A model generated the notes under the pieces. It ran no database searches, was not told where the DNA came from, and worked only from the letters and a program-made list of their open reading frames with translations. Source: a virus (lineage: Duplodnaviria > Caudoviricetes). Taken from it: 53,144 nt of DNA. Below are positions 44,417 through 52,239 of the stretch, in pieces. Each line of letters opens with the position of its first letter. Position 1 is the first letter of the stretch. Made by a program: the position numbers and the translations under genes. The stretch lies in IMG/VR virus record IMGVR_UViG_3300012920_000053, positions 1 to 53,144 of that record; one strand, written 5' to 3'.

Positions 44417-45340
44417 CTATAAGTCAAAAATAGCTGAAATTAAGGTATCCTCTTCATTTATGAAGGGGGCATCTTTACTTAGCTTTTTTACTTCCTCTTT
44501 TGACATATCACCTATGTCCCTTTCGTCATCATATTTCAACTCTCGAACATCAATTCCATAATTGAAAAATAATTTTTTTATGTTTTGTGCCTTGTATTTT
44601 GCATCTGGATCCAATGCCAGCAAGACAGGCGTGCTGTTTTCTACTATTTTTTTAAATAGTTGAGATGTTTCTCTGATTGTTGAACCCAGGATGGGGATTG
44701 CATTATCTGCTTTGATGGCATCAAATACACCCTCAACAATCATAACCTCTCGGTCAAAATCTACATACAATTCGTTATATACGATGTCTCGACTGACTGG
44801 GGGGTTTATGTATCTTTTATAATTATCTGTAAATGTTCTTGCTATAAAATAATTTAGATCTCCATTACTATCAAAAGATGGAACTATAATCCTGTTTTTG
44901 AAAGGGCCATCCGAACAAAATCCAATTTTCCACTTTAGGATATCTCTTTTTGTTATTCCTCGGCTTGCTAAATATTTTAGTGGCGCTTTAAACTTACAGT
45001 TTCCAGTAAGAGTGTGAAAATTGGGCGGCATTTCAATAATCTGCTGAACTTCCTCTTTTTCAATTTCCTCAAAAAGACTTTCAAAATCACTCAAGTTTGT
45101 TTTTTCGTCAGAAAACTCTTTCCATTTTTCTCGGTCTTTGTGAGATCCGAACTTCTTCACTAATCTATGTAAGTTTCTCCCTTTTGCATCACAAATCCAA
45201 CACTTGTAAACACCCCTTTCAATGTTGACAGAGAATTTTCTTTTATGGTGCTTACAGAATGGGCATCTAAATAAATGCTCATGACTTGACTTGTAACTTT
45301 TGCCAAGAAAATTACTTAGAATTGTAAGTTTTTCGCTCAT
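44417..45340 (-). CDS. dnaG: DNA primase (DnaG/gp61-like; Zn finger + TOPRIM), 307 aa
   Basis: CPFC...YKCWIC, YLASRGI, RIIVPSFD...YFIARTF...RYINP, IVEGVFDA, LALDPDA, DIGDM. Confidence 0.9.
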   Translation of the reverse strand: MSEKLTILSNFLGKSYKSSHEHLFRCPFCKHHKRKFSVNIERGVYKCWICDAKGRNLHRLVKKFGSHKDREKWKEFSDEKTNLSDFESLFEEIEKEEVQQIIEMPPNFHTLTGNCKFKAPLKYLASRGITKRDILKWKIGFCSDGPFKNRIIVPSFDSNGDLNYFIARTFTDNYKRYINPPVSRDIVYNELYVDFDREVMIVEGVFDAIKADNAIPILGSTIRETSQLFKKIVENSTPVLLALDPDAKYKAQNIKKLFFNYGIDVRELKYDDERDIGDMSKEEVKKLSKDAPFINEEDTLISAIFDL

Positions 45341-45346
45341 GTTACT

Positions 45347-45375
45347 AATATAGCACGTTATGTTCCTTGTGTCAA
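45347..45375 (-). promoter_or_regulatory. Sigma70-type promoter TTGACA-N17-TATATT with an extended -10 TG; predicted leaderless transcript
   Basis: Minus strand: TTGACA caaggaacataacgtgc TATATT agtaac ATG (primase start 45340). There is no room for an SD sequence. Confidence 0.8.
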
Positions 45376-46004
45376 GGATTATTTTTCAATTTTAGTTTAG
45401 AATCCCAGTTGGGGCCGTGCTGATTATAGAGGTCCAGTAAGCGCTTTTCATCTGGACTTAAGTCCAAGCCCTGGGCTTTTTTTACCATTATATGCAGTAT
45501 TATAGTGTCCTCAATGCCCAAATCGTCCAAATCTGACATCTCATCTTGGCTCTTGGCGATTTTCGAGAATAGTTTTCCTATTGGCCCGTCTTTTTGAAAA
45601 GGTTTTCCTATTGTTCCGTCTTTTTTGAAAGAATCTCCGACATCTTTGAGGGCCTTTTTTAAAGCCTGTCCAATTGGTTTTTTAGTTTTTTCTTCAGAAT
45701 CTTTTTCGGAAAAATCACTAGATACTTCCATAGCCTGTTCAACATTTACCCCACTATTATCCACATATTTTTCGGCGGCGGCTGCCACATCAGGGGACAA
45801 AGCACCTGCGCCGATCATCCCAGTTAGAATCAAAGGGAGCGCCTTCTTTCCTCCAGGAATCTTTTGGGCCAAGTCATCAAAAAAACCTTCCTGAATGATG
45901 GAATGAATCTCAAGGTGTTGTTTGATCTCTCTCAAGATGAGCGTTGAGTTATCTTCTTTTTTATATCTTCTCCAACTCTCCATAATCAATTTCATTTCAG
46001 ACAT
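45372..46004 (-). CDS. Hypothetical protein, 210 aa (possible internal head protein)
   Basis: AGGAG RBS, upstream ACTATTTATT motif (46022-46031), N-terminal MKLIMESWRRY, and a short internal duplication FKKDGTIGKP/FQKDGPIGKL. Confidence 0.7.
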   Translation of the reverse strand: MSEMKLIMESWRRYKKEDNSTLILREIKQHLEIHSIIQEGFFDDLAQKIPGGKKALPLILTGMIGAGALSPDVAAAAEKYVDNSGVNVEQAMEVSSDFSEKDSEEKTKKPIGQALKKALKDVGDSFKKDGTIGKPFQKDGPIGKLFSKIAKSQDEMSDLDDLGIEDTIILHIMVKKAQGLDLSPDEKRLLDLYNQHGPNWDSKLKLKNNP

Positions 46005-46521
46005 TTTTTATATTCTCCTGTAATAAATAGTATCCTGCACGTGCTACGATCACAGCATCTACTATATCATAACAGTACTTTTGAATATTTCCGTACCGCG
46101 TATAATCCATTTCGATCTCACCACTTTCGACAAAATGATCCATCACTACGTCTTTTGCTTTTTTTCCTTTGGGAACTTTGATTCCGCATTTAGATCTTGC
46201 CGAGATGGGGGTTACATAATTTGGCTCCATGCTAAAAATTTGATAACATTGCCAAGAAATAATTCCATTGAATCTTTGAAGTATTGACATTGTTTTTGCT
46301 GTGGATCCTCCTCTGCGGAAAAACATGAGAGCTTGTTCAATAAAAATATTCTCTATATTATAGCTACTGCTTATTTCTTTGAGGCGGCCTTCAACAACTT
46401 GAGCTTTCTCGAAGAATTCGCTAGTTTTTCTCAAGTCGATATAATCAGCTTTGATAATCTTGTTATTGTCAAGAACACATACGCCAATTATACTAGTACT
46501 TATATCTAATCCTAATATCAT
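45997..46521 (-). CDS. ruvC: RuvC-like Holliday junction resolvase, 174 aa
   Basis: MILGLDISTSIIG...IFIEQ...RFNGII...DIVDAVIVA shows the RNase H-fold acidic catalytic residues. Confidence 0.8.
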   Translation of the reverse strand: MILGLDISTSIIGVCVLDNNKIIKADYIDLRKTSEFFEKAQVVEGRLKEISSSYNIENIFIEQALMFFRRGGSTAKTMSILQRFNGIISWQCYQIFSMEPNYVTPISARSKCGIKVPKGKKAKDVVMDHFVESGEIEMDYTRYGNIQKYCYDIVDAVIVARAGYYLLQENIKNV

Positions 46522-46522
46522 T

Positions 46523-47692
46523 TTATAGATCCAATTTTAGTTTGAATGTGTAGTTTCTATCTGCTACTTTCTTTACCGGCTTAGCTACCGAAGCTATGCC
46601 GATTAGGTTTTTATTTTCATCATAAATTCCTATTTTTGTTATGTAGGTGGTCTTTTCAAAAGGAGCGTCTGGATCTGCATAGCTTGAACTCACTACATTT
46701 TTTATTCTCCTGGTCGGCTCTGTTACTGAAAAACTAGATGTAGAGTAGGGCAAGATGGACTCATGGGATAAATATGTTGGGTTATTTGAGTGGTTCATTT
46801 CTCCACGATTTGCATGAGCGAACAAAGTCACCGTTGGTACATGTTGTGTTCCGTTGAATTGCATGCTATAGCTTGAACTAGGAATGATTCCAGATGGAAT
46901 GCCATCATTTGTTCCCACAGCATAATTTAGCCACGAAGAGGTTTGGGGATTTGTAATATCATCCAAATAATTTCTTGAGACTCCGTCTTCCAATCCCCAT
47001 GAGCCTGTCAATAATATAAACCCTTCATTATATAACACAACGCCCGCTACAGAGCCAGAACCATTACTGCCGACAGGGCCGGTTTGGATAAGTTCTCCAT
47101 TTTGATTCTTGTCGGTGAGTTGTCCAATTAGAGATCCAGATATATAAAATCTCAAATCAACAGATCCCTTTTTTATAGAAGATCCGTAGAATATTGAAGG
47201 TATGGAGATAAGATTTACTTCTTGTGCTGCCTTATTACCCAAGATTGAATTGTAGGAATAGTGCTGACTCAAGTTTGTGTAAAAATTTAGAGTGTTCTTT
47301 AACGCACGGATATGAGGCCTATTTAGAAATCCAGAAGGGTAATATTCTCTACTAATACTGGAAGATAAAGGATATGATCCTGTCAGGACATCTCCATAAA
47401 CAAAATCACTATTGAATTCTGATGTAGAAATTGTTTTGAAGCTTGACAGTGTGCCTTGTTTGGTTACAAAAGGATATATCATTCCTGTCTGTGTTTCATT
47501 CCTGTCTACATTCATCTCGTACAAGGACACGAATCCCGTATCAACGTTGGGGGTGCTCCCAGTAAATGAACCACTTATATTGGTTCTATTTTGATAATAA
47601 ACTTTAGCATCATATATATCAAACCTAACCTTTGGGTAGGTTCTTATAATGTTATTGAACTTGTCATTTTCTTCAAATTTCTTATACGGCAT
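46523..47692 (-). CDS. Putative baseplate/tail-collar-like virion protein, 389 aa
   Basis: C-terminal NHSNNPTY...TYITKIGIYDENKNLIGIASVAKPVKK...FKLKLDL. Paralogous to the adjacent gene. Confidence 0.6.
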   Translation of the reverse strand: MPYKKFEENDKFNNIIRTYPKVRFDIYDAKVYYQNRTNISGSFTGSTPNVDTGFVSLYEMNVDRNETQTGMIYPFVTKQGTLSSFKTISTSEFNSDFVYGDVLTGSYPLSSSISREYYPSGFLNRPHIRALKNTLNFYTNLSQHYSYNSILGNKAAQEVNLISIPSIFYGSSIKKGSVDLRFYISGSLIGQLTDKNQNGELIQTGPVGSNGSGSVAGVVLYNEGFILLTGSWGLEDGVSRNYLDDITNPQTSSWLNYAVGTNDGIPSGIIPSSSYSMQFNGTQHVPTVTLFAHANRGEMNHSNNPTYLSHESILPYSTSSFSVTEPTRRIKNVVSSSYADPDAPFEKTTYITKIGIYDENKNLIGIASVAKPVKKVADRNYTFKLKLDL

Positions 47693-47716
47693 GATACCAA
47701 CATCTTGTTTACCTAA

Positions 47717-48688
47717 TTAGTAATCCAACCTAACTCTCAAGGTAATTTCATTTGTTGGATCTTTTTTGAGAGGTTCTGACAATTTTGCAACCGCAAGAAG
47801 CTCGTTATCTGCACTATACAAACCAACCGAAGTAACATAGGAAACTGGATTGTCTGTTGTCTCTTGTTTGACTACGATCTGACTTTGAGACAAATAAGTG
47901 GGGTTTGTAGAGTAATTGAATTCATTATGTGCGGCTCGACAGAAATAAATAGTGGAATTCAATTCTGTAGTGTTATTGAAATTATTATCAACCCAAATGC
48001 TTCTAAAATCATCCGCTGCGCCGGTAATTTCAAAATTTTCTTCATAATCCTGAGCGTTGTCTATGATGTCTCCATTTGCCTGAATAACTGCAACGCCAGC
48101 CTGATAATAAATCAACCCAACACCGGTACCCGGTGCTGCGACCGAAGATGTATAGAGAATTCCATATTCTCCTGCCGGAGAATTTACACGATAGTCATTT
48201 TGGGCGCCGTGGTCTGCGAGCACCAAAGGACCAGAGGAGTGGCTCAATTCTAGAGAAAAATTACCTTTTTTGATTTCATCTTTATATAGAAGTCTGGAGT
48301 AATTCACGAATACCGCTCTATTGATCTTTGTTCCACCAGTCAGGTCTCCATCACTATCGAATTTTCTGACATTTCCTTCCTCATCATATCCAACTAAAAC
48401 TTGAGCCATCTGATTATAAATATTCAGTTTCTTACTATTCTGTACATGAGCGGGATTATCAAAAGTAGGGCCAGTGTATCCATATGTGATATCAAAAATG
48501 TGGTTAGCTGAAGAACTTAGATAGGGAAAATCGTAAACACTCTGAAACATTCCATGTGCATAGTTTTTTACGTTTTCGTCACTGTATGTTCCCGAAACAA
48601 TCGATCCCGTAATTGGAATAGCTTCGTGAAGCAATGTTCTTGTTGTTGCAATATCGTTATTTAAAATTGTCTTGAAAACTTGTGCCAT
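47717..48688 (-). CDS. Putative baseplate/tail-collar-like virion protein, 323 aa
   Basis: C-terminal FNYSTNPTY...SYVTSVGLYSADNELLAVAKLSEPLKK...LRVRLDY. Confidence 0.6.
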   Translation of the reverse strand: MAQVFKTILNNDIATTRTLLHEAIPITGSIVSGTYSDENVKNYAHGMFQSVYDFPYLSSSANHIFDITYGYTGPTFDNPAHVQNSKKLNIYNQMAQVLVGYDEEGNVRKFDSDGDLTGGTKINRAVFVNYSRLLYKDEIKKGNFSLELSHSSGPLVLADHGAQNDYRVNSPAGEYGILYTSSVAAPGTGVGLIYYQAGVAVIQANGDIIDNAQDYEENFEITGAADDFRSIWVDNNFNNTTELNSTIYFCRAAHNEFNYSTNPTYLSQSQIVVKQETTDNPVSYVTSVGLYSADNELLAVAKLSEPLKKDPTNEITLRVRLDY

Positions 48689-48698
48689 GTTCTTTTCC

Positions 48699-49649
48699 TT
48701 ATACTTCCTTCACAAATCTGACAGGAATATCGATTCTGTAGCCTGTTGTCACTCCAGAAATTCTAATATTCGTATCGATAAAATAAAATGGTGTTGGTGT
48801 GCTGTCAATATCTAGCGAAAATGTTGATCCCAACCTTGTAAATAAGAAATTGCCAGTGTTGTTCAGATCCAAAGAAGCTTTGATAGAGAATTTCAATTGA
48901 GTTCCTGGTGCACCATCAATTACTGTTGTCAAGTTCGTGTTTCCGTTCGTAGATTGATCAATAGAAGAAACATAATCTGCATCGGTACCTAAAGATAAAT
49001 AATATACGGCAATTTGATCGTCGTCGATGAAAGACGGAGAGGCTTGAGAAATATTATTTGCTTTGCTGACATCTGAACCACCAACGATTCCGCCTAGGCG
49101 ATTGTCAATTTCAATCATATACTGTGTCTCTACCAAATCACTATCTAAAGTCTGCCCAAGGGTTGATGTATTATCGAGACCTTGATCGACCCTAATTCCT
49201 CCACCTTTTGCTTCGCCATTATTTCCATTGATATAATCTGCGACTTCGGTGTCAGTGGCATTGCTAAGAGTAGTAGCAGTTGAATTATCCGATGCAATCA
49301 AGATTGTGCCAGTAGATCCTGCTATATAGTTCTTTGTTCCTGTAGAATCATTTCTTTTCAATACTGGCAAATAGAGCAAATTTGATCTTGTGATTGTAAT
49401 AATTTTTGAATTCAAATTTGAAGTGTTGTTTGTAAAAGCTTCTAAAACTGGAGTTTGCATGATCTCTAAATCAAAATAAGCCGAACCACTTGGGTTCTGG
49501 TTATCAAATAGAGTGTAATCAATTTCATCGTCGCCTAGAGCAAACTTGGTAATTCTAAAGCTACCGTCTCCCTGTGCAAGTCTCTTTCTGCCAGTATCTG
49601 TTAAAACTGCATCTAAAATGATGTCGCCTGAATTGTCTAAAAATGCCAT
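48699..49649 (-). CDS. Putative virion structural protein with a tail-collar-like N-terminus, 316 aa
   Basis: DAVLTDTGRKRLAQGDGSFRITKFALGDDEIDY resembles the N-terminus of tail-collar fibre domains. ACTATTTATA motif at 49666-49675. Confidence 0.6.
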   Translation of the reverse strand: MAFLDNSGDIILDAVLTDTGRKRLAQGDGSFRITKFALGDDEIDYTLFDNQNPSGSAYFDLEIMQTPVLEAFTNNTSNLNSKIITITRSNLLYLPVLKRNDSTGTKNYIAGSTGTILIASDNSTATTLSNATDTEVADYINGNNGEAKGGGIRVDQGLDNTSTLGQTLDSDLVETQYMIEIDNRLGGIVGGSDVSKANNISQASPSFIDDDQIAVYYLSLGTDADYVSSIDQSTNGNTNLTTVIDGAPGTQLKFSIKASLDLNNTGNFLFTRLGSTFSLDIDSTPTPFYFIDTNIRISGVTTGYRIDIPVRFVKEV

Positions 49650-49696
49650 TCTTACTTTCCTCTCCTATAAATAGTTTGCTATTTTTTTAAAATATA

Positions 49697-50653
49697 TTAT
49701 TTTATTTCTTCTGATATCATTTCTGTTTGAAAATTTACATTTAGGTCCATTTTCTTTCCTGTTTTCTTAGAAATCAAACGAATCTTGAATTTTTTGCCCC
49801 ACAGAGTTTCTGTCTCAAAGCCAATTGGCGGGACGGAAGATCCCTTGGCTGTCGTATAGTCCTGGATCCCAGAGCCGTTTACGATGCATTGCGACATCCT
49901 GGGGACTATATTGAAAAGTTTTTTCATATCCTTTGTCAGTTGTGTGCTCTCTTTTTTTACAAACTCCACAACATCTACTAATAAATAGATCGTTCCTTCG
50001 TCATCTACTAATTCAATTCTATAAACTGGAGATGGATTAGAAATATTTCCATGTATATCTACCGATCTAAACGTGTAAAAATATTTTGTATTTGGCTCCA
50101 ACATTTCAATAACTGAATTTGAAGAAAAATATTTATAACCTGTGTTCGTACTATTTTGCACCTCTCGAACTAATCGTCCAGAAAAATCAGAATATTTCTC
50201 CGGGTGTCGAGTTATTCTGAAAATTTGAAATTTTGCCGGAGGATCGTCTGATCTATAAGGCAATGGTTCAGTGCGCTCTAAATTTAGTGATTTTCTAATG
50301 TTTTCGTATATAAGTTCGTCATTTGGCTCTATAACTATAGGCTCTAATTTATAATCTCCTATTCCACAATTAAACAGTATCTTTATTCTGTTATTTTTTC
50401 CCAATATTGGCAAAATATTTACCTCTGGAAATATAGGCAAGCTATCATAAATTGTAGCAGATGTAGAGAATAGGGGAATTTCATAAATTTTTGCGACCGG
50501 ACGGACACATGTATCGAAAGTTGCTGTATATTCTTGAGATTCTATCTGTTTTATATCTCCATAGCTACTGTATTTTTCACTTTCCGATGTCTTTTTCGAA
50601 GTATAGTTTGATGTTGGTTGACTGCTATTTTTTGTTGTTTTGATTGTTGCCAT
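49697..50653 (-). CDS. Hypothetical virion protein with an FN3-like segment, 318 aa
   Basis: FQIFR...LEPNTKYFYTFRSVDIHGNISNPSPVY. Confidence 0.6.
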   Translation of the reverse strand: MATIKTTKNSSQPTSNYTSKKTSESEKYSSYGDIKQIESQEYTATFDTCVRPVAKIYEIPLFSTSATIYDSLPIFPEVNILPILGKNNRIKILFNCGIGDYKLEPIVIEPNDELIYENIRKSLNLERTEPLPYRSDDPPAKFQIFRITRHPEKYSDFSGRLVREVQNSTNTGYKYFSSNSVIEMLEPNTKYFYTFRSVDIHGNISNPSPVYRIELVDDEGTIYLLVDVVEFVKKESTQLTKDMKKLFNIVPRMSQCIVNGSGIQDYTTAKGSSVPPIGFETETLWGKKFKIRLISKKTGKKMDLNVNFQTEMISEEIK

Positions 50654-52239
50654 TATTCGTTTTCTCCCCCTACCTCAAACTCTTCGGAATCAAAATTATC
50701 AATATTGTCAGTATCGGTACCCTCATCTTCTCTCTCTATAACTCCAGGCTCTTGAATGACATAGCCACCGAAGCCAGCAGGTCGGCTACCTCCAGCGCCT
50801 CCTCCTCCGGAGCCTCCACTGGTTGTTGTTCCGGAGTTTGTGTCTTGATCATCTCCTGCATAATTCGAGTTTGAGATGATATTTTGATAATCTTGATAGT
50901 TATTCTTGACACTGGTTTTGAGGTTTTTGTACTTATATTCAGCACCCAGAACTAGTTGGTATGCAAAAGCTGAATATTCATATTTTTGACCATATTTGAC
51001 TTGAGTATCTACAAATCTGTAAACGTCAATTTCGTTAGAATTTGGAAATAGATATGTTGTAACTAAATTTCCAGCAATTCTTTTTTCCACTTTATACGCT
51101 ACTGTTTCAGAATAAGAAGGAATTCCATCTAAAATATCTTTATAATTCCTAAGATAACTGTTTATCATGTCTTGAAATTTTGCTTCAAACTTCAACAAAT
51201 TCAAAAATTTTATAAATTTATTTGATTCTTCTGGGGCCGGCCCAATAATGTTCAAATTTGAATTTTCTTTATTTATTTCTTCTGAAACTTTGTTGACCCA
51301 TTCGAAAAGATCATATGTTCTAAAAATTCCATCGGCTGCGGTGTCTACGAATTCCACTTTACCTTCAGAGTTGACAGAAAGCTCTTCTCGAAACCCAGCG
51401 AATGGCAAAGATTGTTGTGCGGCGCCGCTTATATAGTTTAGCAAACTATTACTAAGATCTGCTTCTCCAATTATTTCTGCTAGTACCGTATTCCTCTGTG
51501 TTGAAAACTCTATTTCGTTATACATTGGAAATATTCCCTTATAATCATTAGCTTCTCTTAGGAAGTTTATGTTTTGGATTGGAAGAATTTCAGTTTCAGG
51601 AGGTAGCGGACCTAAAGTGTCCACTATGTCTTCAAGAAGAGTCCCTATGTTTAGTAACTCTTCGTCGAAATCATTTAGGGCATTTGGAGATTGATCAATA
51701 TCTGATTTAGAGGCATAAATAGAATACAAATTTGGCAATGTTTGTTCTGCTACCGTAATGGTGTCATTTTCATAATTTCGTTGATAAAAATTATAAAAAG
51801 GTTTGACATAATAAGACATAGGCTTGGCAGAATTTTCAATTATTTGCTTTTCTTTTTGAGAGAAAGGAACTTGAATTGATATATTCGTATCCACAAAATA
51901 AGACCCCGTTACAATTGCCGGCGTATCTTCTGAAGTTCCTCTTATATAATCAACAAAGTCAGAATAGTTTTCAAAATAAGAGCTATCAGATTTTAGAGTA
52001 ACGGACTGGGTGATCGAATAATACGGTGAAGCTTCATAATTTTGAAAGATATTACTACTTCCGAATGATATTTTCGAAAACTTTTCATTTGCACCCATTT
52101 TTGGTGGCTGAGGCTTGAACTTTCCATCTGCGTCCCTCATCCAAGCACCTCCAATGTCTACTCGAAATTTATCTGTTTGCGCTTCTCCTTCTTCTAACAT
52201 GCTTTGCAAGAGATATTCGCTTTTTTTGTACGTGCCCAT
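50653..52239 (-). CDS. Hypothetical virion protein with an FN3-like segment, 528 aa
   Basis: AYKVEKR...FVDTQVKYGQKYEYSAFA, with an acidic Gly-rich tail. Overlaps both neighbours by 1 nt (TAATG). Confidence 0.6.
   Translation of the reverse strand: MGTYKKSEYLLQSMLEEGEAQTDKFRVDIGGAWMRDADGKFKPQPPKMGANEKFSKISFGSSNIFQNYEASPYYSITQSVTLKSDSSYFENYSDFVDYIRGTSEDTPAIVTGSYFVDTNISIQVPFSQKEKQIIENSAKPMSYYVKPFYNFYQRNYENDTITVAEQTLPNLYSIYASKSDIDQSPNALNDFDEELLNIGTLLEDIVDTLGPLPPETEILPIQNINFLREANDYKGIFPMYNEIEFSTQRNTVLAEIIGEADLSNSLLNYISGAAQQSLPFAGFREELSVNSEGKVEFVDTAADGIFRTYDLFEWVNKVSEEINKENSNLNIIGPAPEESNKFIKFLNLLKFEAKFQDMINSYLRNYKDILDGIPSYSETVAYKVEKRIAGNLVTTYLFPNSNEIDVYRFVDTQVKYGQKYEYSAFAYQLVLGAEYKYKNLKTSVKNNYQDYQNIISNSNYAGDDQDTNSGTTTSGGSGGGGAGGSRPAGFGGYVIQEPGVIEREDEGTDTDNIDNFDSEEFEVGGENE

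Noticed and set aside
35194-45340. Inteins, introns or homing endonucleases in terminase, portal, SbcCD or primase
   Set aside because: Motif spacing is normal and no intein termini or LAGLIDADG/HNH/GIY-YIG motifs were seen.
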